From an uncultured Acidimicrobiia bacterium (GTDB lineage: Bacteria; Actinomycetota; Acidimicrobiia; Spongiisociales; ZC4RG35), in assembly GCA_964195235.1 (NCBI GenBank), contig CAXMOW010000003.1, forward strand, positions 16,773-80,772: a stretch of 64,000 nt of DNA, read 5' to 3'. The translations under genes were made by a program, and so were the position numbers. Positions 45,972-55,755 of this stretch are shown here, piece after piece. Positions within the stretch are counted from its first letter, which is position 1, and the number at the start of each line of letters is the position of its first letter. Under the pieces are notes generated by a model, which saw only the letters and a list, made by a program, of their open reading frames with translations, was not told the DNA's origin and made no database searches.

Positions 45972-46676
45972 CTAGAACGGCCATATTTTGGGGAGGCTGA
46001 GAAGCACAATCGTCGTCCCGATAAACATCACCGTGGCGATGATCACAGCGAGCAAACCGTTTCGGCTGTTGTTCAGCTTGGAGCTGACACCCACGAAAAA
46101 GAGCACCAGGGCAAACGCCACGACGGTGAGCACATAGTCGTCTGAGTTCTGGTTGGCTTGCCCGGCCGCGGCGGCGAAGTCGTCAGCTTCCTGCTGGAGG
46201 CGCTGGGCCTCGAGGCCGTCGGCGAGCACATACTCCTCCATTGCAAAGGGTGTCGGGGGAGCCGTTTCCTGATCTCCTGAGAATGCGACCAGCCACGCCT
46301 CCATTGCAGGCGCGAACTCAGGTCTCATCCTTTCAAAAAGAAATCCCGACAATGTGCCATCGGTTGGCTCGTAGAGGTCACCAGGCCCGAAGCTGATCAA
46401 TCCGTCGCGTCTATCGGAATTGAAGGCGTCGAGCCAAGACATGTAGACGGCGACGTCGATACCAGCCAGCTGACCTGCTCGAGTGTCGAAACGGGTCGAC
46501 TCGGTGCGCGCCGCTCCGGCCCTGCTGAAATTGGTGGCTTGCTCACCGCTCCATTTGGCACTTTCGAATGCTGCCCAAGCGGTGAAAATCGCAGCCAAGG
46601 CCAAGACAAGTGTCGCTACCAACTCGACACGATCCGAGGTTCCGAACAGCTTTTTCTGTTTCTCTTCTTTGGCCAT
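45972..46676 (-). CDS. Hypothetical membrane protein (N- and C-terminal TM segments, acidic central domain)
   Basis: ORF with plausible hydrophobic helices at both ends. No family confidently recognised. Confidence 0.55.
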   Translation of the reverse strand: MAKEEKQKKLFGTSDRVELVATLVLALAAIFTAWAAFESAKWSGEQATNFSRAGAARTESTRFDTRAGQLAGIDVAVYMSWLDAFNSDRRDGLISFGPGDLYEPTDGTLSGFLFERMRPEFAPAMEAWLVAFSGDQETAPPTPFAMEEYVLADGLEAQRLQQEADDFAAAAGQANQNSDDYVLTVVAFALVLFFVGVSSKLNNSRNGLLAVIIATVMFIGTTIVLLSLPKIWPF

Positions 46677-46698
46677 GGCTTCGAGAAGTTAGTCGACT

Positions 46699-47796
46699 TC
46701 AGGCTGTCTCGACACCTGAAACCAACTCGTTCCAGCTGGTGACGAACTTGTCGACCCCTTCGTCTTCGAGAGTTTGCACCACGTCGTCGTAGTCGACGCC
46801 GACTGCGCCAAGCTGATCGAGATTGTTGCGAGCTTCTTCGATGTCGAGGTCACTGAGCTGTGATGGATTGGGGTTGCCATGATCCTGGTAGGCCTCGATT
46901 GTCGCCAGTGGCATGGTGTTGATGCTGTTTGGAGCCACCAGGTCTTCGACATAGAGAAGATCCCGGTACTCCGGGTTCTTGGTGGATGTCGAGGCCCACA
47001 GTGGTTTCTGAGAACGTGCTCCATTCACTGCGAGCCCCCCGTACCTCGACGATCCAAACTCGTTGATGAACTCGCCGTATGCGACTCGAGCGTTGGCCAC
47101 CGCGGTCACACCTTTCAGGGCCTGGGCGCGTGTCGACCCAAGTTCGTCCAGTCTCCGGTCGACCTCGCTGTCGAATCGGGAGACGAAGAACGATGCAACG
47201 GACGCGACTGATGACAGGTCGCCACCGATCTCCTGGAAATGCTCCAACCCTGAGAGATAGGCATCAATGACTTCGAGATATCGCTGGAGCGAAAAGATCA
47301 AAGTCACGTTGACCGAAATGCCCTCGCCGATGAGCTGACGGATTGCGGGAATGCCTTCAGGTGTCGCTGGAACTTTGACGAGGAGGTTGGGGCGGCTGAT
47401 TTGCTTGACCCAATCTCTGGCTTCGCCAACCGTGGCATCGGTGTCTGAGGCCAGGGTCGGAGATACTTCGACCGATACGAATCCATCCCGACCCTGTGTC
47501 GAAAGATGAACATCAGCTAGCTCGTCACATGCTCGCGTGATGTCGGACGCCATGAGGCTCTTCACGATTTCTTCGGTCGAGGTGCCTCCTGACTTGAGAT
47601 CCTGGAGGTGTTCGGTGTAGTCGTCAGATCCGACGATCGCGCCGGCGAAGATCGTCGGGTTGGAGGTGACCCCCGTCACTGCGTCGTCTTCGATAAGTCT
47701 GGCGAGTTCGCCCGAATCGAGCATGGCTTTGGAGATCTGGTCGGACCAGACGCTGACACCTGAGTTGGCAAGACCGTGAAGGTTCGATTGAGGCAC
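46699..47796 (-). CDS. tal: Transaldolase (long actinobacterial type)
   Basis: VWSDQISK..VTGVTSNPTIF..LLVKVPATPEGIPAIRQLIGEGISVNVTLIFS. GTG start. Confidence 0.9.
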   Translation of the reverse strand: MPQSNLHGLANSGVSVWSDQISKAMLDSGELARLIEDDAVTGVTSNPTIFAGAIVGSDDYTEHLQDLKSGGTSTEEIVKSLMASDITRACDELADVHLSTQGRDGFVSVEVSPTLASDTDATVGEARDWVKQISRPNLLVKVPATPEGIPAIRQLIGEGISVNVTLIFSLQRYLEVIDAYLSGLEHFQEIGGDLSSVASVASFFVSRFDSEVDRRLDELGSTRAQALKGVTAVANARVAYGEFINEFGSSRYGGLAVNGARSQKPLWASTSTKNPEYRDLLYVEDLVAPNSINTMPLATIEAYQDHGNPNPSQLSDLDIEEARNNLDQLGAVGVDYDDVVQTLEDEGVDKFVTSWNELVSGVETA

Positions 47797-47823
47797 ACCT
47801 AGAGGCTAGGCCCACCCCAACCC

Positions 47824-47870
47824 GAGCGGGTGCAGTTGTGGTCGCTCAGCGACCACAACTGCACCCGCTC
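47824..47870. repeat. Perfect 47-nt palindrome (22-bp arms, 3-nt centre) in a divergent intergenic spacer
   Basis: Sequence is gagcgggtgcagttgtggtcgc-tca-gcgaccacaactgcacccgctc. An imperfect extension (ggcccaccccaac / gttggatgggcc) gives a foldback of about 81 nt at 47809-47889. Confidence 0.9.
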
Positions 47871-47936
47871 ACACCATGTTGGATGGGCCCAGGTTGAAGT
47901 GATGCCCCTGCGGTCAACTAGCCTTCCCCGTCGTTC

Positions 47937-48341
47937 ATGCCCCGACGAATTCTCATCGCCAAACCCGGTCTCGACGGACACGATCGAGGCGCCAAGGTCA
48001 TCGCCCGGACGCTTCGTGATGCCGGGTTTGAGGTGATTTACTCCGGTTTGCATCAGACACCCGCCCAAATTGCGGAAACCGCATTGCAGGAGGACGTAGA
48101 TGCGGTTGGTCTTTCCTCTCTCTCCGGAGCTCACAACACACTTTTCCCCCAGGTAGTCGCCGAGCTTGCAGATCGCGATGCAGCAGACGTTGTCGTCTTT
48201 GGCGGCGGGGTGATTCCCGACGCCGACATCGAGGCTCTCCACGACGCTGGGATCTCGACAATCTTTACCCCGGGAACCCCACTTGACGAGATCTCGTCAT
48301 GGGTCGACACCCACGTCGTGTCCAGGAAAGGAAACAATTGA
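47937..48341 (+). CDS. Cobalamin-binding domain protein (methylmalonyl-CoA mutase C-terminal/small subunit type)
   Basis: B12-binding motif [13 protein letters not shown], then GLSSLSGAH and FGGGVIP. 134 aa with no mutase catalytic domain. Confidence 0.85.
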   Translation: MPRRILIAKPGLDGHDRGAKVIARTLRDAGFEVIYSGLHQTPAQIAETALQEDVDAVGLSSLSGAHNTLFPQVVAELADRDAADVVVFGGGVIPDADIEALHDAGISTIFTPGTPLDEISSWVDTHVVSRKGNN

Positions 48342-49561
48342 AGATCCACGAGCATCAGGCCAAACAGCTCATGGCGGCCCGGGGCATCCCGGTGCCGTTG
48401 GGTCGGGTGGCCCGTTCGGTCGATGAGGCCGCTGCGGCCGTGCGGCCACTCATCGAAGAATCGGGAAATCCGGTTGTGGTCCTCAAGTCACAAATCCACG
48501 CCGGCGGTCGCGGAAAAGGCACTTTCAACGAGCACCCAGACGTGCGCGGTGTCAACGTGATTACCGACGGCATCGAAGGCGGGCCCGGAGCGGCTGAAGC
48601 CGCGGTCCGTGAACTGGCACAACAAATGCTTGGCAGCACACTCGTCACCATCCAGACCGGTGAGGAAGGAAAGGTGGTGAACCGGCTTTACGTCGAACAA
48701 GGCATAGAAATCGACCGGGAGCTCTATCTTGCCGTTCTCCTCGATCGGGCTACCTCGAGGAACATCGTGATGGCGTCCACTGAAGGTGGAGTTGAGATCG
48801 AGAAGGTCGCAGAGGAAACACCCGAAAGGATTCTTCGGGCGGAGATCGATCCGGCGATTGGCCTGGCTTCGTTCCAGGCGAACGAGCTGGCCCATGGTCT
48901 TCAACTCGAAGGCGACGCCGCCAAGCACTTCGCCGAATTCGTCAAAGCTCTCACACAATCTGCCACTGATCTGGACACCGACCTGATCGAGATCAACCCG
49001 CTGGTTGTCACAAGTGATGGTCTGGTTATGGCCCTCGACGGGAAGATGGCCTTTGACGACAACGCGCTATACCGTCATCCCGACATCGCAGACATGCGCG
49101 ACGACACCGAGGAGGACTCCGCCGAGTTGGCCGCCAAGAATGCTGGGCTCAACTACATCAAACTCGATGGAACTATCGGATGTCTGGTCAATGGGGCCGG
49201 GCTAGCCATGGCCACAATGGACACGATCAAACATGTCGGCGGGGAGCCGGCCAATTTCCTCGATGTCGGCGGTGGTGCAACGGCCGACCAGGTGACCACG
49301 GCATTTCAGATCATCACAAAGGATCCCAATGTCAAAGGGATTTTTGTCAATATCTTCGGCGGGATCATGCGTTGTGACATCATCGCAACCGGGATTGTCG
49401 AAGCTGTTGAAAGGGTCGGTCTGGAGGTTCCGCTTGTTGTCCGTCTCGAAGGCACGAATGTTGAGTTGGGTCGTCAGATAATCGACGAGTCAGGGCTTGA
49501 AGTCGTCAACGCCGACAACCTCCGTGATGGCGCCGAGAAAATTCTCGAGCTGACTACATGA
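48338..49561 (+). CDS. sucC: Succinate--CoA ligase (ADP-forming) subunit beta
   Basis: (M)[19 protein letters not shown] is the ATP-grasp N-terminus. The TTG start overlaps the upstream stop (TTGA) and is preceded by aggaaaggaaac. Confidence 0.9.
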   Translation: MKIHEHQAKQLMAARGIPVPLGRVARSVDEAAAAVRPLIEESGNPVVVLKSQIHAGGRGKGTFNEHPDVRGVNVITDGIEGGPGAAEAAVRELAQQMLGSTLVTIQTGEEGKVVNRLYVEQGIEIDRELYLAVLLDRATSRNIVMASTEGGVEIEKVAEETPERILRAEIDPAIGLASFQANELAHGLQLEGDAAKHFAEFVKALTQSATDLDTDLIEINPLVVTSDGLVMALDGKMAFDDNALYRHPDIADMRDDTEEDSAELAAKNAGLNYIKLDGTIGCLVNGAGLAMATMDTIKHVGGEPANFLDVGGGATADQVTTAFQIITKDPNVKGIFVNIFGGIMRCDIIATGIVEAVERVGLEVPLVVRLEGTNVELGRQIIDESGLEVVNADNLRDGAEKILELTT

Positions 49562-50481
49562 GCGTTCTCGTGGACAAGAACACCAAAGTCCTGGTCCAGG
49601 GTCTGGGTAAGACGGGCCAATTTCACACCGACAAGGCCATTGCTTATGGCACCCAGATGGTGGGCGCTGTCCATCCGTCGCGGGCCGGCACCGAGTTCCA
49701 CTTCGAAGGTGAGACCGATCACTCCGGTGTGTCCGGGCGTGGTGACAATTACGCACTCGATCTGCCGATTTTCGCAACGGTCAAGGATGCGGTTGCCGCC
49801 ACCGGGGCCAACGCATCTGTCGTCTACGTCCCGCCGCCGTTTGCCGCTGACGCTGTAATGGAGGCTGCGGCCGCCGACCTCGAACTTGTCGTCGCCATCA
49901 CCGAAGGGATTCCGGTTGCCGACATGATCGAAGCCAAAAGGTACCTCCATGGGAGCGCCACTCGATTGGTCGGACCCAACTGTCCCGGTGTGATCACACC
50001 AGGGGAGTGCAAGATCGGGATCATGCCCGGGTACATCCATCAGAGAGGAAAGATCGGCGTCATTTCTCGCTCGGGCACACTCACTTATGAGGCAGTCCAC
50101 CAATTGACACTTCTTGGGCTTGGTCAGACAACGGCCGTGGGCATCGGAGGCGATCCGGTCAACGGCACCAGTTTTGTCGACTGTCTCCAGATGTTCCAGG
50201 ACGACGACGAGACCGAAGGTGTTGTCATGATCGGTGAGATTGGCGGTACTGCTGAGGAAGAGGCCGCCGAATTCGTGAAATCGGAGATGAGCAAGCCAGT
50301 CGCAGGTTTTATCGCAGGCACAACCGCACCACCGGGGAAGAGGATGGGCCACGCAGGGGCGATTGTCTCTGGAGGCAAAGGAACGGCCGCGGCCAAAATC
50401 AAGGCGATGACGGCCGCCGACATCGTCATTGCTGAGACACCCTCTGATATGGGGGAGGCAATGGTTAGTGCTCTCCGCTGA
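49558..50481 (+). CDS. sucD: Succinate--CoA ligase subunit alpha
   Basis: [20 protein letters not shown], and the phosphohistidine loop GHAGAIV. Confidence 0.95.
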   Translation: MSVLVDKNTKVLVQGLGKTGQFHTDKAIAYGTQMVGAVHPSRAGTEFHFEGETDHSGVSGRGDNYALDLPIFATVKDAVAATGANASVVYVPPPFAADAVMEAAAADLELVVAITEGIPVADMIEAKRYLHGSATRLVGPNCPGVITPGECKIGIMPGYIHQRGKIGVISRSGTLTYEAVHQLTLLGLGQTTAVGIGGDPVNGTSFVDCLQMFQDDDETEGVVMIGEIGGTAEEEAAEFVKSEMSKPVAGFIAGTTAPPGKRMGHAGAIVSGGKGTAAAKIKAMTAADIVIAETPSDMGEAMVSALR

Positions 50482-51130
50482 GAACCTTTCCTCAATCGAA
50501 TCTCAAGGCCGGCGTCTCGCCGAAGCGGCTCGCCGCGATCCCGAACGGATGGTGCCTCAGTATCCCGATTGGACCTTGGGGGACCTGGCCTCGCATACCG
50601 CTTCGATCCACGCCCGCACCGTGTTGATCTGCCGCGATGTCCCTCTCGAACGCATTTCTGCACCTCGTCTCCCAAACGGGGTCGATCCGATCGATTGGTG
50701 TGAAGAGACTCTCGTCGAGATGATTGAAGCGTTGTCTGCTGCGGATCCAATGACTCCGTCTTGGGCATTTGGCCCCAACCAGGTTCTCGGGTTCTGGGAG
50801 ACGCGGATGCTGATCGAAACCGGGGTGCATCGTTGGGACGCCGAGCAGGCGTTTGGAGACGCTGAACCCCTCGACGTTCATGTAGCCGAGGCCGGGTTGG
50901 ACGAATATGGCGACCTGTGGCATCGGCCTCTCGGAAAGGTCCAGACCCTGACGGTGGCAGCACTGGACGTTGGACGCTCTTGGACCTACGGCGAAGGCAA
51001 GCCGGAAGCCAGCCTCGATGGAGTGGCCTCGGAGATCTATATGAGGCTGAACTCCCGACCGTCGACCGTCGTACTCCCGGATGATTGGGCCGCAGCCGTC
51101 GACGCCCAGCCACGCCCGCCCAAGCGTTAG
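50468..51130 (+). CDS. DinB/maleylpyruvate-isomerase-N-terminal (TIGR03083-like, mycothiol-dependent family) protein
   Basis: [28 protein letters not shown] pattern. A GTG start at 50468 is assumed; the ORF is open from 50429. Confidence 0.65.
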   Translation: MLSAENLSSIESQGRRLAEAARRDPERMVPQYPDWTLGDLASHTASIHARTVLICRDVPLERISAPRLPNGVDPIDWCEETLVEMIEALSAADPMTPSWAFGPNQVLGFWETRMLIETGVHRWDAEQAFGDAEPLDVHVAEAGLDEYGDLWHRPLGKVQTLTVAALDVGRSWTYGEGKPEASLDGVASEIYMRLNSRPSTVVLPDDWAAAVDAQPRPPKR

Positions 51131-51140
51131 ATTCTCCTTG

Positions 51141-51187
51141 TTGTCATAGCAACGGGTAGTGGAATCCGCTACTTCTTGCTATAGCAA
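51141..51187. promoter_or_regulatory. Two TTG(N)2ATAGCAA sites upstream of lemA
   Basis: ttgtcatagcaa (51141-51152) and the perfect palindrome ttgctatagcaa (51176-51187). A small hairpin (gtag..ctac) lies between them. Confidence 0.35.
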
Positions 51188-51222
51188 CGAGAGCGATGTG
51201 GTGACCATCTAACCTTCCCCAC

Positions 51223-51771
51223 ATGGGTTGGATCATCTTTCTGGTCGCGTTCGGTCTGCTGATCGCGATTTTCGTAATCATCTACAACGGTTTGATTCGC
51301 GACCGCAATCGGGTCGACAACGCCTGGTCGCAGGTCGACGTCCAACTGAAACGGCGGTACGACCTGATCCCCAATCTCGTTGAGACAGTCAAGGGTTACG
51401 CAACCCATGAGCAGGAGACCTTTGAGCGGGTCACCGAGGCACGTGGTGGGGCTCAAGCGGCTTCTACGCCCGGCGAGCAAGCCCAGGCTGAGAATTTCCT
51501 GACCCAGGCCCTGCGTCAGCTGTTCGCCGTCGCCGAGGATTATCCCGAGCTGAGGGCATCAGAGAACTTCGCCAGCCTCCAAGAGGACCTGGAGGAGACG
51601 GAAAATCGGATTGCCGTCAGCCGCCAGATTTACAACGACACCGTCTTGACCTACAACAACAAGGTCCAGCAGATACCGACCAACTTCGTGGCCGCTGCCA
51701 CTGGGTTCAAGTCGCGCGAGTTCTTTGAGGCGGGCGACGAGGCGGAGGAGGCTCCCGCCGTCGAGTTCTGA
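51223..51771 (+). CDS. lemA: LemA family protein
   Basis: N-terminal TM segment, then [43 protein letters not shown] and [16 protein letters not shown]. Confidence 0.9.
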   Translation: MGWIIFLVAFGLLIAIFVIIYNGLIRDRNRVDNAWSQVDVQLKRRYDLIPNLVETVKGYATHEQETFERVTEARGGAQAASTPGEQAQAENFLTQALRQLFAVAEDYPELRASENFASLQEDLEETENRIAVSRQIYNDTVLTYNNKVQQIPTNFVAAATGFKSREFFEAGDEAEEAPAVEF

Positions 51772-51772
51772 T

Positions 51773-53623
51773 GTGAAAACCAGAATCCTGTTGGCAGCCC
51801 TCGCCCTAGTGGTGTTGCCCGCTCTGCCGGCCATCGCCAAGTCGTATTGGATGGCAAACGCCGATGTCACCGTCACTGTCAACGATGACGGCTCGCTCGA
51901 CGTCACCGAGTTACTCACCTACGACTTCTCCGGTGATTTCTCGGGCGCATTCAGGGACATCAATCTCCGGCCGGGGGAGAGCATCGGGGTGGTCTCGGTC
52001 GGCGATGAGAACGGTGCCTATGACCGCGGTGGGTGCACGATTCTCGGGTGCTCCTCACCACCCGGAACCTACGGCGTCGAGCAGAACGGGTCGTTCGTTC
52101 GAATCGTTTGGCATCACAGCAGCTCAGATACACAGCGGACCTTCAAACTTGTTTATCGGGTCACGGGACTGGCTGTGGTTTATAGCGATGTCGTCGACGT
52201 CAATTATCAGGTCTGGGGCGACAGCTGGTCTGTTGGGCTCGACCGACTCAGTGCCAGAACTGTTCTTCCGTCGGGCGCAACCGCTGGCGATGTTCTGGTG
52301 TGGGGCCGTCCCTACACCGTCGAGGGTGCGAGCAGTCTCGGTGATGACGGAATCTCTCCTTCCCTAGAAGCCAGACGAATCCCGGCCGAGCAATGGGTCG
52401 AGCTGCGGGTTGTTTTTCCAACCGGGCTCTTGACTTCCAATGCCGGCGCCCAGGTGGTCAACGGTGATGGTCTCGAAAGGATTCTTGCTGAGGAGGCCCA
52501 ATTTGCCCTGGACGCAGAGGAGGCGGCCCGAGCATCCCAGACTGGTCTGATCGCGGGTGGGGCCGTCCTGATCCTCATTGTTCTCGGCCTCGGAGGACTC
52601 GTTTACTTCTTCTATGGCAAGGAGCCGAAGGTCGCCTACGACCGTGAGTATGAACAGGAGCCCCCAACTGAGCTCAGCGCGGCTGAGGTGGGTGCCCTAC
52701 TTTCTCAAGGAGCGGTCACCGAAAAGGAGTTCACCGCAACCCTTTTTGACCTCATCAGAAAGGGCGCGATCGATGCCATGCCGACGCAGGTCGAGCGGAG
52801 CACTTGGGGTGGCCTCAAGACCGAAACTATCACCGACCTCGTTCTCTCACTCACTGACAAAGAAACTGGTCTCAGAGACTTCGAGCAATCGGTAATGACT
52901 GTCGTGCGACGCGCACTCGAATTGGGACCCCGCCCCCTCCACGAGTTCAAGTCAGCGATTCGGGATGACGCCGCCTCGAATGCCAAGACATATCAGACGT
53001 TTCGCGATCGCGTGTTGGGCGCGGTCCGTCGAAGCGGGATGGTCGATGATGCCGGTCACGGAATCGCCTGGCTCGTGAGAATTGGTTTGATCGTCATTCT
53101 CATTGTGTCGTTTTTTGTGCTTCCAGATGTTCTGCGGGGAAGACCGGGCGGAGAGACCATTGCCGTGTTGATTCTCTTCGGGATGCTTCTTGGCGCCACC
53201 ATTCTGTTTGTGGTGCTCAGTTTCCGGCGTGTGCGCACCAAACGCAGCCCGGAGGGTGCGCTGGAATCGGCACGATGGTCGGCCTTCCGCCGATACCTGA
53301 CCGACTTCTCCCGGCTTGAGGAGGCACCGGCGATCTCGCTCGAACTCTGGGACCGATTCCTTATCTATGCGATCACCTTTGGGGTTGCCGAAGAGGTGTT
53401 GGAGCAGGCCCGTCTGCACGCGCCACCCGAGTTGGAGACGAACTCGTCGCTCTACTGGTTCGGTCACTACGGCTATTCCGGCGGTCATACCGAGAACGCC
53501 TTCGTAGGCCTTCAGTCAGCATTGTCAGGTGCGTTCACCCCGCCGGGATCCTCAGGAGGTGGCGGTGGCTTCTCTGGAGGCGGTGGAGGTGGCGGCGGTG
53601 GCGGCGGGGGTGGGGCCTGGTAA
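51773..53623 (+). CDS. DUF2207-domain membrane protein with a Gly-rich C-terminal tail
   Basis: GTG start 2 nt after the lemA stop. It has a signal peptide, an extracytoplasmic domain (VTELLTYDFSGDFSGAFRDI), TM segments, and a terminal GGGGFSGGGGGGGGGGGGGAW. Confidence 0.75.
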   Translation: MKTRILLAALALVVLPALPAIAKSYWMANADVTVTVNDDGSLDVTELLTYDFSGDFSGAFRDINLRPGESIGVVSVGDENGAYDRGGCTILGCSSPPGTYGVEQNGSFVRIVWHHSSSDTQRTFKLVYRVTGLAVVYSDVVDVNYQVWGDSWSVGLDRLSARTVLPSGATAGDVLVWGRPYTVEGASSLGDDGISPSLEARRIPAEQWVELRVVFPTGLLTSNAGAQVVNGDGLERILAEEAQFALDAEEAARASQTGLIAGGAVLILIVLGLGGLVYFFYGKEPKVAYDREYEQEPPTELSAAEVGALLSQGAVTEKEFTATLFDLIRKGAIDAMPTQVERSTWGGLKTETITDLVLSLTDKETGLRDFEQSVMTVVRRALELGPRPLHEFKSAIRDDAASNAKTYQTFRDRVLGAVRRSGMVDDAGHGIAWLVRIGLIVILIVSFFVLPDVLRGRPGGETIAVLILFGMLLGATILFVVLSFRRVRTKRSPEGALESARWSAFRRYLTDFSRLEEAPAISLELWDRFLIYAITFGVAEEVLEQARLHAPPELETNSSLYWFGHYGYSGGHTENAFVGLQSALSGAFTPPGSSGGGGGFSGGGGGGGGGGGGGAW

Positions 53624-53675
53624 CTGTGGCGGTGGAGCCTGATAAAGCCGAGGCCCACCTACCGTTTTGTTCGTC

Positions 53676-54491
53676 ATGAGGAGATTCTTGGTTGGTGCTG
53701 CAGTTTCCGCACTCCTGCTCAGCAGCCCATCGCGGGCCTTGGCCGAAGACATGCAACCTCCCGAATACACGGGTGACGAGTTCCAGTCCCTGTACGAATA
53801 TGCCGTCGCCAACACTCTGCCCAACCTGGATCCCCCAAACGGTCGTTACGAGATCACGGGGAACGAGGAATTGGACGCCCGGATTTGGGATTTGGCCCTT
53901 GAGCGGGGATATGTGCTCCGGCCTACCGCCTCTGGAAACCTCGGCAGCGCCGATGGTGTCACCATGCAGCCGCAAGCAGCTCAAGCTTGGCGGGGGCTCA
54001 AAACCGAAGCCCGCGCCGCGGGGATGGGCTTCGTCGTCTCATCCGCCTACCGCCCTCCGGCAGCGCAACGCACCCAATTCCTCTCCAAGCTGGAAGGAAC
54101 ATCGGACGCCGCAATCAACGCAGCCCTCACCTGGTGGTCGATACCCGGAACTTCGAAGCATCACGGCGGCTACGCCCTAGATTTTCGATATCGCAGCGGG
54201 ACCTTCGGGGAATTCCGCTCAACGAAGGACTATGTATGGCTCCAGGACGGGAACTTCGCTATTCCAATGCGACACGGTCTGATTCCGTCGTACCCAGATG
54301 ACGCCCGGAGTCAAGGTCCAAACCCTGAACCTTGGGAGTTCGTGTGGGTGGGCACTGGGCTGATTCAGTGTGGGCTTCCCCAGTCACTGGTCTCGGTCCC
54401 TGGGCCGGCCGCGGCGATCTTGTTCGACATCGGACGGTGTCCCGGAGGAATGGAGCCAGCCGGTGCCCCCACCTGGTTGCCTAGTCTCTAG
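53676..54491 (+). CDS. Secreted VanY/M15B-like D-alanyl-D-alanine carboxypeptidase family protein
   Basis: Signal peptide, SAYRPPAAQ, PGTSKHHGGYALDF (H..D metal ligands), PEPWEFVWVG. Confidence 0.7.
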   Translation: MRRFLVGAAVSALLLSSPSRALAEDMQPPEYTGDEFQSLYEYAVANTLPNLDPPNGRYEITGNEELDARIWDLALERGYVLRPTASGNLGSADGVTMQPQAAQAWRGLKTEARAAGMGFVVSSAYRPPAAQRTQFLSKLEGTSDAAINAALTWWSIPGTSKHHGGYALDFRYRSGTFGEFRSTKDYVWLQDGNFAIPMRHGLIPSYPDDARSQGPNPEPWEFVWVGTGLIQCGLPQSLVSVPGPAAAILFDIGRCPGGMEPAGAPTWLPSL

Positions 54492-55755
54492 TAATCCGCC
54501 TACCGGCCACAAAAACGTCGGTTACGTCGGCGCCTGTGGCAGAAAAGATGACCTGGGCAACACCTTCGGTTGGGGTAAGACCTGAGGTTCGCGGCGATGA
54601 CGACGAGACGGTAATGAAGTCCGCATCTGCCCCCACCACAAGGCCCCCGGCGTCGAAACCGAGAGCAGTGGCTCCGTTTGCGGTTGCCGCCTCCAGAAGA
54701 TGGCGAGGAGCGAAGTCGCCCCGGCGTCCGGTGGCGAGACGATTATGAAGCTCCAAACCCCGGGCCTCCTCAAACGGATCGATGACAGCATTGGAGTCGG
54801 AGCCGATGCTGAGTGGTGAACCTGCGGCCTTGACCGCCACTGCCGGGCCAATTCCATCTGCCAGTTCGCGCTCGGTCGTGGCGCAGTAACAGACCCCGGT
54901 GCCCGACGCACCCAACAAGTCGATGTCAATGTTGGTGAGGTGGGTCGCATGGATGACTGTGGTGCTCGGTCCCAGCAACCCCACTCGATCCAGCAGACCA
55001 ACTGGGGTGACTCCTGTGAACTTCAGGCAATCCTGGTTTTCTGCCGGTTGCTCGGAGACATGCATGTGCGTGGGCGCGTCGGGTGCCCGCCCTTCGGCAA
55101 CGGCTGACAGACCCGCTTCGGGTAGGGCTCTCACTGAATGTGGTGCCAGGCCGATGCGAACATCGGGCTGATCTCTGTAGAACTCGGCGAGACTCCCAGC
55201 CCGTTCCAGCCAGGCTTCGACTGTGCCGTCGCTGAATCGCATCTGCACAGGGTTTAGCGGAGTTCCATCCAGATTGGCCGTGAGGTAACCGGAGTCCAAA
55301 AGCGCGATTCTGATCCCCACCCGTCTCGCGGCGCGAATGAGGACGTGTCCCATCTCGTTGGGATCGTCGTAAGGGTGGCCACCGGCTTGATGGTGGACAT
55401 AGTGAAACTCACCCACCGTGGTAAAGCCGGCTCGCACCATCTCGATGTACACGCGGGTGGCGATCTCTTCGTATGACTCGGGAGTGAGGTCGGCAGCGGC
55501 CTCGTACATGAATTCGCGCCACAACCAAAAATCACCGCCCTGTCGATGGGTTCGGCCTCGCAGCATCCGGTGGAACGCGTGTGAGTGGGCATTCACCATT
55601 CCGGGAAGGGTTACCCCAGTAAGCCGTGACGCAGACGCGCTGTCGGCATCAGGGGTGACAGTGATGAAACGACCATCCTCCACTTCGAGAAGGACATCTC
55701 GATCGAGGTCCTCTCCACCGAGCCATGCCAGATCGGCGATCCACCGATCCGTCAC
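54481..55755 (-). CDS. hutF: Formimidoylglutamate deiminase
   Basis: LPGMVNAHSHAFHRMLRG, FWLWREFMY and YIEMVRAGFTTVGEFHYVHH closely match the HutF pattern I recall from Pseudomonas. Confidence 0.85.
   Translation of the reverse strand: MTDRWIADLAWLGGEDLDRDVLLEVEDGRFITVTPDADSASASRLTGVTLPGMVNAHSHAFHRMLRGRTHRQGGDFWLWREFMYEAAADLTPESYEEIATRVYIEMVRAGFTTVGEFHYVHHQAGGHPYDDPNEMGHVLIRAARRVGIRIALLDSGYLTANLDGTPLNPVQMRFSDGTVEAWLERAGSLAEFYRDQPDVRIGLAPHSVRALPEAGLSAVAEGRAPDAPTHMHVSEQPAENQDCLKFTGVTPVGLLDRVGLLGPSTTVIHATHLTNIDIDLLGASGTGVCYCATTERELADGIGPAVAVKAAGSPLSIGSDSNAVIDPFEEARGLELHNRLATGRRGDFAPRHLLEAATANGATALGFDAGGLVVGADADFITVSSSSPRTSGLTPTEGVAQVIFSATGADVTDVFVAGRRITRD

Noticed and set aside
53556-53615. GGN-rich low-complexity repeat that might look like a tandem or CRISPR-like repeat.
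   Set aside because: It is in frame and encodes the poly-Gly tail of the DUF2207 protein. There is no repeat-spacer periodicity. No CRISPR array was seen anywhere in the window.
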